From positions 288,001 through 352,000 of the forward strand of contig CAVUWD010000019.1 in the NCBI GenBank assembly GCA_963745025.1: a DNA stretch of 64,000 bases. Direction: 5' to 3'. This stretch comes from an uncultured delta proteobacterium. Lineage in GTDB: Bacteria; Desulfobacterota; Binatia; JACPRU01. The notes beneath the pieces were generated by a model. The model searched no databases and was not told where the DNA came from. It saw nothing but the letters and a program-made list of their open reading frames with translations. Below, one piece after another: positions 9,868 through 20,064 of the stretch (the stretch's first letter is position 1; the number at the start of each line of letters is the position of its first letter). Made by a program: the position numbers and the translations under genes.

Positions 9868-10872
9868 TTACTCGAACGCGAAGATGCGCTTCCAATCGTT
9901 CTTCATGCTGATGACCGTCCACTTGTTCGCTTTGGCTTCGGCCATCAAAGCGTCGCTGAAGGTGCCGATCTTCGACTGCGCGCCATAGGCATACTCGCGC
10001 ACCGCGTCGTCGTGATGCACGAGCATCATCAAACGCGCGCCGCTGCCGCCTTGCGTCCACTCCAGCATTTGCTGGTCGCCATCGGAATTGCCGAAGGCGG
10101 CGATGGGCCGGCGACCGATGTGCGAGTTGATGCCGACCGGCTTCCCGGTCTTGTCGTCGATGAAGTCGATCGCCGCCAGACGCACGAGGACGGGCTTGCC
10201 GTCGCGCATTTCGTACTTCGTCTTGACGCTGCTGCCGACGACCTGTTCGGGCGGAATGCCGTAAACCTTTTCCGTCCACGGGCGCATGAACTCGATGCCG
10301 CCGCCGGAGACGATGAAGGTCTTGAAACCGTTCGCCCGCAGGTAGGCGAGCAGTTCGACCATGGGTTGATAGACGAGCTCGGTGTAGGGCCGCTTGAACT
10401 TGGGATGCTTCGCGGTCGCGAGCCAGTCCTTCACGATCTTCTCGAACTCCTCGGTGGTCATGCCCGCGTGCGTGGCCATGACGATCTCGAAGATTGCAGG
10501 CTCCCCGCCTGCAAGCGCACCCTTCACGTCGCCCTTGAGCAGCGAGGCGAACGGCTCCTTGTCCTTCCACTCCGGATGCTGCGGCGCGAGCACCTTCACC
10601 CGGTCGAGAGCGAAGAGCAGCTGGAAGTACATCGGCTGCTCGGCCCAGAGCGTGCCGTCGTTGTCGAACGTGGCGATGCGTTCGGCCGGCGGCACGAAAT
10701 CCGGCGAACCTTTCTTCGTTACTTTGGCCACGAAGTTCACGATGGCCTGCTTGGCCGGACCGTCGTTCCACGAGGGCAGCGGGTCGGCTGCCGCCGCGGC
10801 CGTCACCGTCAGGAGGGATAAGCCAATGAGCGCGGCGGCCAAATTCGGCAGCTTCAGAAATGTTGGCTTCAT
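9868..10872 (-). CDS. exported HAD-family hydrolase (acid phosphatase-like)
   Basis: DPLPSWND, FDNDGTLW, IVSGGG and FGNSDGD motifs; signal peptide. Confidence 0.92.
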   Translation of the reverse strand: MKPTFLKLPNLAAALIGLSLLTVTAAAAADPLPSWNDGPAKQAIVNFVAKVTKKGSPDFVPPAERIATFDNDGTLWAEQPMYFQLLFALDRVKVLAPQHPEWKDKEPFASLLKGDVKGALAGGEPAIFEIVMATHAGMTTEEFEKIVKDWLATAKHPKFKRPYTELVYQPMVELLAYLRANGFKTFIVSGGGIEFMRPWTEKVYGIPPEQVVGSSVKTKYEMRDGKPVLVRLAAIDFIDDKTGKPVGINSHIGRRPIAAFGNSDGDQQMLEWTQGGSGARLMMLVHHDDAVREYAYGAQSKIGTFSDALMAEAKANKWTVISMKNDWKRIFAFE

Positions 10873-10913
10873 CTTGTTGTTCCAGCCGCGGACGGATGTC
10901 TGTTTGTCCGCTG

Positions 10914-10960
10914 CGTGAATTCGCGGGCCGCTCCGTACGAAGCGGCCCGCGCGGTTCACG
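10914..10960. terminator. hairpin between the arylsulfatase and HAD genes
   Basis: CGTGAA..CGCGGGCCGCT / AGCGGCCCGCG..TTCACG inverted repeat. Confidence 0.5.
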
Positions 10961-10975
10961 ATCGGACCGATGCGC

Positions 10976-12656
10976 TTAGTGCGCTCCGACGGTCTTCGGC
11001 ACCTTTATCGGATCGTACGGCAGCGGGTTCTCCGGGTTCTGCAGATTCGGGATCATGTCGTTCGAAGCTCCGCCCGGGAACCGTTTCTTGTTCGGATACT
11101 GGACGATGGACTTGTTGAACTCCGAGAGCGGAATGTCCAGGAGCGAGATGGCCCAGCCATTGTCCATGCCCGAGTAGCGGCCCGGCGACGTGGTCGGGTT
11201 GCGCACCGCCACTGCGCCGTTGAACGTCATGTCGTACTTCTCGTACGGGTCCATGGTGAGGTTGTAGGTCGAGCCGATGGCGCCGAGGTTAAGCTCAGGC
11301 CCCAGCCAGGTGTCCTTCGAGGTGTAGAGGAGCTTCCACGCGATCCTCAGATCGGGATTCGCCAGGTCGCCACCGACGTCGTAACGCATGCCACAAAATT
11401 TCTCGCCGTCGGTGTAGATCCACCCATCGCGCGCCGAATGCTCGCGCCTTGCCCGTGACGTAGGCGGTGTTGTCGATGCCGTCGAAGTAGATCGGCTTGC
11501 CGTTGTTGTCCTGCCACGCGCCGTGTGGCGGCGGGGTGAGGCCGACCATCGTTGCGGTGGTCGGCCAAACGTCCATGTGCGACATCATTTCACTCAGGAC
11601 CTGCCCCGCCGGAATCTTGCCCGGCGCCCACATGATGCCCGGCACCCGGAAGGCCCCTTCGAAGCCCGTGCCCTTTTCACCGCGGAACGGGTTGGTGCCG
11701 GCGTCGGGCCAGGCGTCCTGCCAGGCGCCATTGTCCGCCGTGTGGATGACGATGGTGTCGGGCGCCTCGGCGCGGATGGCGTCCATGATCCGGCCGATGT
11801 TGGCGTCCATTTCCATCATTTTGTCGGAGTAGTTGCCAAGGTGCGACTTGCCCTGGAACGCCTTGCTCGGGCTGGTCGGCTGGTGCATGCCCATGAAATT
11901 CACGCTCATGAAGATCGGCTTGCTGTCCTTGGCGTGCTGCTTGATGTAGGCGACCGCCGAATCGGTCTGACGGACATCGAAATCGGCAAGATTCTCCAGC
12001 GTGATCACGGCGCCGTTGTTGCCCTTGACCGCAGGCTTGCCCGCCGTGCCTTCCCATTCGTACATGTTCACAACTTTCTGATACATGTCCCAGTATTCTT
12101 TGTTGTACTTCGGGAACCACGGATGGGCATTGGGATCCGTGTCGCTGTAGGCGTAGACGCCCGGGTAGTAGGCAGCGAACTGCTTCATCTCGTCGAAGCC
12201 GTGATTGATCGGGTAGAACTTCTCCACGTCGCCGAGGTGCCATTTGCCGGAGAAGTAGGTCTGGTAGCCGTTCTTCTTGAAGAACTCGGCGATGGTCGGC
12301 GTATCCGCGTCCAGGCCATTCGGGTCGCCCGGAACGACGACGACCGACAGCGCCGTGCGGACCGGGATGCGCCCGGTCATGAACGAGGCACGACCCGCCG
12401 TGCAGCTGGCCTGGCCATACCAACTGGTGAACACCGCGCCTTCCTTGGCCAACCGATCGATGTTCGGCGTGGGATGTCCGAGAGCCGCTCCGCCGTAGTA
12501 CACACCGTAGTCGCCCCAGCCAACGTCGTCGCTCATGAGCATGACGACGTTGGGCTTCTTTTCCCCCGCGCCCTCGGCACAGGCGGTCATGAACGACAGA
12601 CTAGCCACCGCCGCGAGCAGCGAGACAGCCCACTGTTTACTTCCCTTTGCCCTCAT
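10976..12656 (-). CDS. arylsulfatase (Cys-type) with an apparent frameshift at about 11445
   Basis: KKPNVVMLMSDDVG, SCTAGRASFMTGR formylglycine motif, GKWHLG; C-terminus continues in the 10976-11440 frame. Confidence 0.9.
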
Positions 12657-12744
12657 TAGAGTCCTCCTCTTGTTTGGTGTGTCCAGACTCCTCGGAATCC
12701 AAGGCGTGTGCCAAGCGCACGGCCATTTACTCAGAGACCGGTCT

Positions 12745-13131
12745 TCATGACGGCATCCGTGGTTCGATCGCCGCTCTGACGGCTTCCAGCAACGCGGTGC
12801 CGCGAAACGGTTTGGCCAGATAAAAAGCCACCCCGCACCGCTCGGCCTGCTCGCGCAAGCCCGGCGCGTCATGCGCCGTGATCAGGATGAACGGCGGCGG
12901 GACGTCGCGTTGGCGCAATGCCGCCAGCAATCCTAAGCCAGACATGCCAGGCAGCATCAGGTCGCTGATGACGCACGCGGAATCTTCATTGACGCCTCCC
13001 GCCAGCAGCGCTTCCGCCGACGCGAACGCCGCACACCCAAAACCAGCAGCTTTCAGCAAGCGTTGGATCGCCTCGCTCATACTGACGTCGTCTTCGACCA
13101 CCAAGACCATCATAGACGGCGCAACAACCAT
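12745..13131 (-). CDS. single-domain response regulator (FixJ-like receiver)
   Basis: VVEDD, ISDLMLPGMSG, ITAH, YLAKPF. Confidence 0.9.
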   Translation of the reverse strand: MVVAPSMMVLVVEDDVSMSEAIQRLLKAAGFGCAAFASAEALLAGGVNEDSACVISDLMLPGMSGLGLLAALRQRDVPPPFILITAHDAPGLREQAERCGVAFYLAKPFRGTALLEAVRAAIEPRMPS

Positions 13132-13524
13132 TTGGCGCTCGGCCTGTTTAGCCGCCCAACATACCGAAAGGCTCAGTGGTCATGCGGCCGGATCATCAAC
13201 CCTCCGTGCCGAAGAGACAATTGGACGAAGGGGACAGGCGGTTGGCACTAAGGGGCCATGCCGTTTGCCCGAACGGGCAATAGGGATTGCCCCATCGGAC
13301 AATGCGCTCGCAGATCAGGCCGCGGATGAGGGTTGGGCAGACGGCGCCCTAGCGACACGCTCCTCAGCATCGCGAAGCTGCTGCGCTATCTCGTACCATG
13401 TCCCTGCGGTCTTTCCGCCTGACTCCTCCGCAGGCGCATTTGCGCGCGGCGTGCGTTTTCGCTAAGGGGGCAGTGCCAGGCGTTCCCGCACCCAGTCAGA
13501 AGCGCACCGGGCGCCTGCTAAGAG

Positions 13525-14289
13525 ATGCCGATCACTCTTGCTCACTTCAATGCAGCCACGACGGCTTCGATGCTCGCGGTTATGATGGTCGCTGCATTGC
13601 GCGTTGGATGGTGGTTCGGGCACCGACAGAAGACCCGCTACGGCGACGTGACGAACTCGCGGTGGTATGGCGCCGTGCTGCCGCTGCTGAGCCTATTGGT
13701 GGCGTTCACGGTCAACACGTCGCTAGGCAAGCAGAACCAACGCCAACAACTCGTCGTTGCCGATACCAACGCGATTCGCGAGTTCTACAACTATACTACA
13801 ATGCTCAACGAGCCCACGAAATCCTCATTCCGACAGCTCATTCGCGAGTACACGAGGCTGCGAATTGACCTAAGCGATCTTTTGGACCAACCGTCGTTTG
13901 ACGACGCCCTGCGGCGGTCCGATCAGATCCAGGCACAAATGAACGAATTGGTGGGGCAGGTAGTGATGGACGGTACGCCGCTCGCGGCCGTTCTGATCGG
14001 TGCTTTCGGCCGCATCGCCGACAGCGCGGATGCACGCCTTGCCGCCGCCGTGGATCGCTTACCGGCAACCCTGGTGCTGCTGCTGATGTCGGCGGCACTG
14101 ATCTCGACGTTGGTGGTCGGTCGCGAGGAGGGCGTGTCGGGCAGGACGCATGTGGCGGGTGCGGTCGGATTCATCTTCCTGGTGAGTTTTAGCGTTTACG
14201 TGGCACTGGATCTGAATCAGCCCGGACGAGGGCAAATCATTGTGAGCCAGAGACCAATTGAGCGTCTGCTGTCGTCGATGCCGAAATGA
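13525..14289 (+). CDS. DUF4239/bestrophin-like membrane protein
   Basis: LLSLLVAFT...RQQLVVADTNAI...LDLNQPGRGQIIVSQ pattern; 4 TM segments. Confidence 0.75.
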   Translation: MPITLAHFNAATTASMLAVMMVAALRVGWWFGHRQKTRYGDVTNSRWYGAVLPLLSLLVAFTVNTSLGKQNQRQQLVVADTNAIREFYNYTTMLNEPTKSSFRQLIREYTRLRIDLSDLLDQPSFDDALRRSDQIQAQMNELVGQVVMDGTPLAAVLIGAFGRIADSADARLAAAVDRLPATLVLLLMSAALISTLVVGREEGVSGRTHVAGAVGFIFLVSFSVYVALDLNQPGRGQIIVSQRPIERLLSSMPK

Positions 14290-14411
14290 GCCGCCGCTGC
14301 GGCAAGCTCAAATCCGCGAGGCAAAACGTGAGGCGAGCAGACGATGAGGCGCCAACAGCGGTCGCGTATTGGGGAAGCGTCAGCCGGGAGCAAACCGGCC
14401 CGCAGGCCTCG

Positions 14412-14920
14412 CGGAGCCTGTCAATGAAAGTGAAACAGTGGGTCGTCCGAGTTTAATGCAGAATCCTCCGTGTTGAGCGCGATGATCTTGGTGGTGTTCG
14501 ACTGAGCGTCGACAGTCTCGACGAGCTTTCGAGTATCGTTTTGGGGGGATACCTGGATATGGATCGAGTCCGCGGCGTGGCTGTGCGGGGCTGTAAACGC
14601 GAAGTTCTGCTCGCCATCGACCTGCGGAGCGCGGATTGGTTCGACGAGCGCGTTCTTGGGCGGGTTGATCCAGACCGCCGTGGGTCGAGCCGGTGGACGC
14701 TGGGCTCCAGCAACGAAGCGCTCAGGATGAGCGGCGAAGGCCGCGGAGAGCACATCGCTTCGAGCCGCCACGCGCTGCTCGGCCAGGCCGTGGTGGACAA
14801 CGTCGGGCGTGAGTAGCCCGATGCCCGAGTGACGATGCTCAGTGTTATACCAGCGGAAGAAGCCCGCACAGAAGCTGCGCGCGTCGTGGAGCGAGCCGAA
14901 CCGATCGGGAAACTGCAGCC
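14412..14920 (-). mobile_element. IS3-like (rve integrase core) transposase 3' remnant with its element end
   Basis: FPDRFGSLHDARSFCAGFFRWYNTEHRHSGIGLLTP...HPERF...WINPP followed by TGTTTCACTTTCATTGACAGGCTCCG. Confidence 0.8.
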
Positions 14921-14926
14921 GGCGCC

Positions 14927-15547
14927 CTATCGTTCGGGCCGGCGTCGCAGCAGTTCCGCCAGCCGGCCGAGCTCGGCCGCCGAGTTGGCACCTAGCTTTG
15001 CCATGACTTGCCCGCGATGCCTCTTGATGGTGCGTTCCGAGATGCCTAGCTCGGAGGCGATCTGTTTGTTGAGCTTGCCGGCGGCAATGCCATCGAAGAC
15101 CTCGCGCTCGCGCTGCGTGAGCGAGCCAAAGCGCGCATGCAACCGGTCTGCTCCGTCGCGCGCCGTACGCTGGTGTGTATCGCGCGCGAGTGCGCGCCGG
15201 AGCGCATCGAGCAGGACGTCGCGCTTCACAGGCTTTGTCAGGAAGTCGACTGCGCCGGCCTTCATCGCCCGCACGCTGGAGGCCACATTCGCGTGTCCGG
15301 TCAGAAAGACCACCGGAAGCGTGACGCCCTGCTGCTGCAGGGCCGCCTGGAGCTCGAGACCGGAGGGGCCCGGCAAGCGTAGATCGAGCAGCAGGCAACC
15401 GGGCCGATCGGGCAGTGGATGCAATAGGAACTCGCCCGTCGACGCGTAGCCGCGCGCCTCAAACCCGGCGGCATCGAGCAGCCGCAACAGAGCGGTGCGC
15501 ATTGAATCGTCGTCATCGACGACGTGGATTAGCGGGTTCGTGCTCAT
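14927..15547 (-). CDS. FixJ/LuxR family response regulator
   Basis: Receiver domain plus LTQREREVF..GKLNKQIASELGISERTIKRHR HTH. Confidence 0.95.
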   Translation of the reverse strand: MSTNPLIHVVDDDDSMRTALLRLLDAAGFEARGYASTGEFLLHPLPDRPGCLLLDLRLPGPSGLELQAALQQQGVTLPVVFLTGHANVASSVRAMKAGAVDFLTKPVKRDVLLDALRRALARDTHQRTARDGADRLHARFGSLTQREREVFDGIAAGKLNKQIASELGISERTIKRHRGQVMAKLGANSAAELGRLAELLRRRPER

Positions 15548-17441
15548 GCCGGATTCTGCGACGGCGTGCCGTTCGCGACCGCCAGGGGCAATTCGATCTG
15601 AAACACAGAGCCCTCGCCGGGACCGTTCTCGGCCCAGATGCGTCCACCGTGGGCTTCGACGATGGTCCGCGTAATCGACAGCCCAAGCCCCATGCCATTG
15701 CGTTTCGTGCTGAAGAACGAATCGAAGAGCTTCGTCCGGTGCTCGGGCGCGATGCCTCGGCCGCGATCACGCACCGAGATGACGGCGCCATTCTCACCCC
15801 TCGCAATGGACACGACGACCCTGCGCCGGACTTCGGGCACGTCGGCCACTGCGTCCATGGCGTTGAGCACAAGATTGATGAGCACTTGCTGGATCTGGAT
15901 CCGGTCCCCGACTATCGTAGTGGTCATCGGGGCAGGTCGAATTTCGAGTGTGACGCCGCGTCGTTTCGCTTCGGCGCGCAGGATGGGTTCTAGCTCACTA
16001 ACGACTTCGTTGAGTTCGACCGCTGTCCGTTCGAACTCACCCTTGCCGAGCAGTGCCCGAAGTCGATGGATCACCTCGCTGGCACGCTCGTCGTCGCGGC
16101 GGATGTCGGCGAGAATTCTGCGCAGCTCGTCGCGCCGATCCGTGCCGGACTCGAGGATGAGGTCCGCGGCGTCCGCATTGCTCAGGATCGCGCCGAGCGG
16201 CTGGTTGATCTCGTGTGCGATTGCTCCCGTCAGCACCCCGGCCAGCGCGAGGCGTGACGCATGGGCGAGCTCGGCGCGCTGCGCCTGCTCGACTTGCTCC
16301 GCCAAACGGCGCCGGCGGCGCTGGGCGATCAGCGAGACAATGAGCAGTGTCTGTCCAACGACGATTGCAAGCGTAACGACGATTTGCCACCAGTATTGGC
16401 GCCAGAACGGCCGGTCCGCGAAGCGAATTTCGCATCCGCTCGGCAGACGCCGCTCGTCCAACGACCAGCGCTGCAGCGCACGCGCGTCCGCAACGCATCG
16501 GCTCGGCGTTTCGAGCAGGACGCGACTCGGGTCGGGAGGCCCGCCCCCGAAGCGCCGCGCGCACCTGCTCGCCGACGAGCCGTCCCTTGGCCTCATACGA
16601 TTCCACGTTGCCGGCCGCAGCGCCGAAGCCTATGTAGGTTTCGGCGACACCGTACACGGGCGCGACCGATGTTTTGCTGATTGCACGCAGCACTTCGCGC
16701 GGCGTGTACGGTCGGCCGTCTCGGTCGCGGAACTGCGCGAGATAAATAACGATTGTGTCAACTGGCTCCGCAGCCACCCGGGCGACCAATTCTGGCAACG
16801 GCAGGCCGGAAAGGAACTCCACGGGTGCGAGTTCGGCCCTCGTCGACAGCGCCGTTCGCGCCAGCTGCTCGACTCTCTTGTCCAGGTCCGACGCACCGGA
16901 GACCACGACGACGCGGCGCGCATCGGGCTGCAAACGCCGCGCGAGATCGATGGTTCCACCCACGTCGTTGTGCGCCACGACGCCGGTTGCGTTCGGTGGT
17001 AGCGCCGCGGGTTCGATGTCCTCCCCCGGGAAGCCCTGATACACAAGTCGGGCGCCAGGCCAAAGTTGCTCGCCGTGCCGCTTGAAGAATTCGAAGCGCG
17101 GTTAGCGAGATCGCCACGACCACGTCGATGTGCATCGCGCTGTACTTCTTGGTGAGCAGCGCCAGGAACTCGGACTCCAGCGCTTCCACTGGGAAGCGTT
17201 GTGCGTCGAGCGGCTCGGAAAAGAAGACGATCCGCCTTGCAGTTTCATTGGCGAGGCTCTCGCGCATTGCGCTGTCGATGGCCAGATAGGCAGGAAGATA
17301 CGGGTCCACGCCATTCAGGATCAGGACGCGCGCTTCTTCCTCAGCTGCGTGTAGCGGCACCGCAATCCAGCACAAGACGAGGGCCGTCATCAGAGTACGT
17401 GCGGCGCATATCCGTTGGTTTTTCGATCTCTGCGGCATCAT
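15544..17441 (-). pseudogene. sensor histidine kinase with periplasmic ABC-type substrate-binding domain; several frameshifts at about 16500-17100
   Basis: AIAHEINQPL, QQVLINLVLNA, DRGRG and GMGLGL boxes; the N-terminal sensor is split across frames; its stop overlaps the regulator start. Confidence 0.85.
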
Positions 17442-17778
17442 GGTCGCGAGTGGTATTGCCGCGTGTTCGTTGCCAGAGGCCGGTCGGCTTATAATTCTGC
17501 GCAAGCGAAGAATAAAGCGGGCGGACAGGAGGGAAGGGGAGGGAGAGTCCGCAGCGTCTGACGTCTCCCTTATGTTTCGGGTTGTGCGTCTTGAGGGTTT
17601 ACCTCCTTGACGTGCCTCCGTTCAGACCAGGCGGCCGTCAGACCAGCACTCACCGGCCGTCCATTCGGGTCGTTTGCGCCCACGTTTCGCTGTCGCTCGA
17701 CGCCCTGAGAGCGCCGTAACCCCACCCTCAGCCGTGTTCGGCGCGGTTCGAGCAGATCACCGATGTGCCGACGGATGC

Positions 17779-18330
17779 TCATCCGATGCGCAGCTTGCCT
17801 CCGGCGGCGCCTCCGCCGGACTCGGCGAGCTGACGCATCTTCGATCCGTCGACGTAGTAGCGCTTGGCCCAAATGCCCGTGTACGGCTCACCCTCGCGCG
17901 GCATCCGCCACGTCGTGACCTTTGCTTTCGCGAGGTCGATCGCGAACAGCGCGCGCGGCTGGTCGATCGTCTCGGTGATGTAATAGTCCGCCGAGGCGTC
18001 GTCGACGTATCGACAGGCGATGCGGCGGTAGAGATCTCGCCAGCGGTCGTCTTCGCCGTTCTCGTAGAGGAACTCCACCCGGCCCTCGACGAGGATCTTG
18101 CGGTAGGAGCCGCCTTCCTCGTCGATGGTGATTGCCGTGCGCGGGTCGCGCCGCAGGTTCTGTCCGAACTCGGAGTGCTTCCGCGGCGTGATGTGGATCT
18201 TGCCGCGCTCGTAGAGAAACCACACGGGCACGACGCTCGGCGAGCCGTCCGGTCGCACGGTGGCGATGCGCGCCAGGTGCTCGCGCTCGCCGAGGAAGGC
18301 TTCGATCTCCTGCTGTGTGAGCTTCGGCAT
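17779..18330 (-). CDS. pyridoxamine 5'-phosphate oxidase-like (PPOX/F420-type) protein
   Basis: ARIATVRPDGSPSVVPVWF...NLRRDPR. Confidence 0.85.
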   Translation of the reverse strand: MPKLTQQEIEAFLGEREHLARIATVRPDGSPSVVPVWFLYERGKIHITPRKHSEFGQNLRRDPRTAITIDEEGGSYRKILVEGRVEFLYENGEDDRWRDLYRRIACRYVDDASADYYITETIDQPRALFAIDLAKAKVTTWRMPREGEPYTGIWAKRYYVDGSKMRQLAESGGGAAGGKLRIG

Positions 18331-18397
18331 GAATGCCTCCTTAACGGTTTGTAGCACGCGATCTACGGTAGTTCTGCAGACGATTGCGACGAACGCC

Positions 18398-18856
18398 CTA
18401 CGTTCGCCGCCAGGCCGCGATCTCGGCGAGCGCTCGCTCGGCGAGCATCTGCGCCCGGACCCTCCACCAGAGCCACGCCGGCACGTAGACCTCGGAGGGC
18501 GTCCACCGCGGATCGACGGGTGTGAGCCCGGGTCGTAGCTGTTGGCGAAACTCGTGGTCGGTGGCGGAGCGAACGAACACCTCGTCGATGCACTCCCATT
18601 GCTGGCACTCCTGCACGCGGCAGCGCGCGTGAGACTCGCCGGCGCCTGGCTCGGTGACCCGCTGCGCGCCCGGCTCGACCAGGAACCTGCGCCGCGGCAG
18701 CGCTTCGACAAGCGCGCCGTGGCAGCGGTTGCCGACCACCGCCCCCCGGCAACGCACCGGATAGGCGATGGTCTCGCAACCGAAGCCAGAGCCGAACAGA
18801 TGGTTCCACGACCAAAGAATTGCGGCGATGGCCAGCGCGGCGAGGAGCAATCGCAT
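18398..18856 (-). CDS. hypothetical Cys-containing exported or membrane-anchored protein
   Basis: Hydrophobic N-terminus, several Cys, short gap after the cyclase gene. Confidence 0.55.
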   Translation of the reverse strand: MRLLLAALAIAAILWSWNHLFGSGFGCETIAYPVRCRGAVVGNRCHGALVEALPRRRFLVEPGAQRVTEPGAGESHARCRVQECQQWECIDEVFVRSATDHEFRQQLRPGLTPVDPRWTPSEVYVPAWLWWRVRAQMLAERALAEIAAWRRT

Positions 18857-18897
18857 CGACGCTCAAGGCCTGCTCAGCTCAGTCCGCAGCGACGCTC

Positions 18898-19869
18898 TCA
18901 CTTGATCGCCAGCGGATTCACCGGAGAGCCGGTTCCGCCGACGATCTTCAGCGGCGCGCCGACGAAGAGGAAGTCGTACTGGCCGTCCTTCGCGCAGTCG
19001 TCCGCGAGATCTTTCAGGTAGCAGATCTCGTTGAACGGGATGCCGAGGTCGCGGAGTAGCGCGCCGTGCAGCGGCAGGAAGACACTGCTTACCGACGACG
19101 TCGTTTGCTCGTTTGCGATGGTGTCGGTGGAGAATGACGGGATCTCCATCTCGTGGAACCACTTGATCAGCGCGGGCTCGTCGGTGATGCCGGGCTCGGC
19201 AATCGCCTTGTTCGGGAAGAACGCGTCGGGACCCTCCTCGTAGAAGACCTCCATCCATCCCGTGCGGATCACAAGGATGTCGTGCTTCTCGAGCTTCACC
19301 TTCTGCTTCTCGGCGGTCTTCTTGAGGTCGTCGAGCGTGATCTGCTGGTTCGGACCGAGATGCTTGACGCCCTTGTACCGCGCCACGTCGAGCAGCACCC
19401 CGCGCCCGACCACGCCGTGCTCGGCGATCGGCTGGATCGAGCACTTCTTCAGCCCGCCGATCGTCGTCTTGGCGTCGTAGCCGTTGTAGAGCTTGTCGTC
19501 GTACCAGACGTGGCCGAGCGCGTCGTATTGGGTGGTCCCCTGCACGTACATGAAGATCACGTCGTCGGCGTACTCGAGGCCGCCCGGGAACGACGGAGCC
19601 GCGTCGTTGTAGTAGAAGCCCTTGTCCATGTTCATGGTCTTCACGGGCTGACCGCGGCCCGGATAAATGGGGTCGCCTTCCTTGCGGCCCACCGGCACGC
19701 CGAGCGCGAACGTTTTGCCCGAGCGCACGGCGCGGGCACCGCGCACGACTTCCGGCGCCGTCAAGAAATTGATCGAGCCGAGCTCGTCGTCTTTGCCCCA
19801 CCGCCCCCAGTTCTTCGGCATGTCACGCAAGACTTCCCGTACGTGCTTCGACTGTGGTCCTACTGCCAT
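18898..19869 (-). CDS. cyclase family protein (kynurenine formamidase-like)
   Basis: NWGRWGKDDELGS, TTQYDALGH, GRGVLLDVA, GGTGSPVNPLA. Confidence 0.93.
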   Translation of the reverse strand: MAVGPQSKHVREVLRDMPKNWGRWGKDDELGSINFLTAPEVVRGARAVRSGKTFALGVPVGRKEGDPIYPGRGQPVKTMNMDKGFYYNDAAPSFPGGLEYADDVIFMYVQGTTQYDALGHVWYDDKLYNGYDAKTTIGGLKKCSIQPIAEHGVVGRGVLLDVARYKGVKHLGPNQQITLDDLKKTAEKQKVKLEKHDILVIRTGWMEVFYEEGPDAFFPNKAIAEPGITDEPALIKWFHEMEIPSFSTDTIANEQTTSSVSSVFLPLHGALLRDLGIPFNEICYLKDLADDCAKDGQYDFLFVGAPLKIVGGTGSPVNPLAIK

Positions 19870-20064
19870 CTGGTTCTCCTCCTTGAAATCGATGGTTTCC
19901 TTCGGTTTGGCGAATCGTTACTCGCTTTGCGCAGGGAAGGAAACTCTAGGAAGGTGTGACGTCGAATATCCTTGGGACGAGGTACGTCTCAAAGGTCGTA
20001 GCGCGGCCGAGCGCGGATCGCTCCTTTGCCCGTCCCGACAGCGACCCTAGAGGTGAAAGAGGAC

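Noticed and set aside
12696-12713. sigma54-like TTGGCACACGCCTTGGA upstream of the arylsulfatase
   Set aside because: The -12 element reads GG rather than the conserved GC, so it is too weak to call.
14421-15398. 325-aa ORF as a regulator-transposase fusion
   Set aside because: Its N-terminal half is an alternative frame of the FixJ-like gene; only the IS remnant portion is meaningful.
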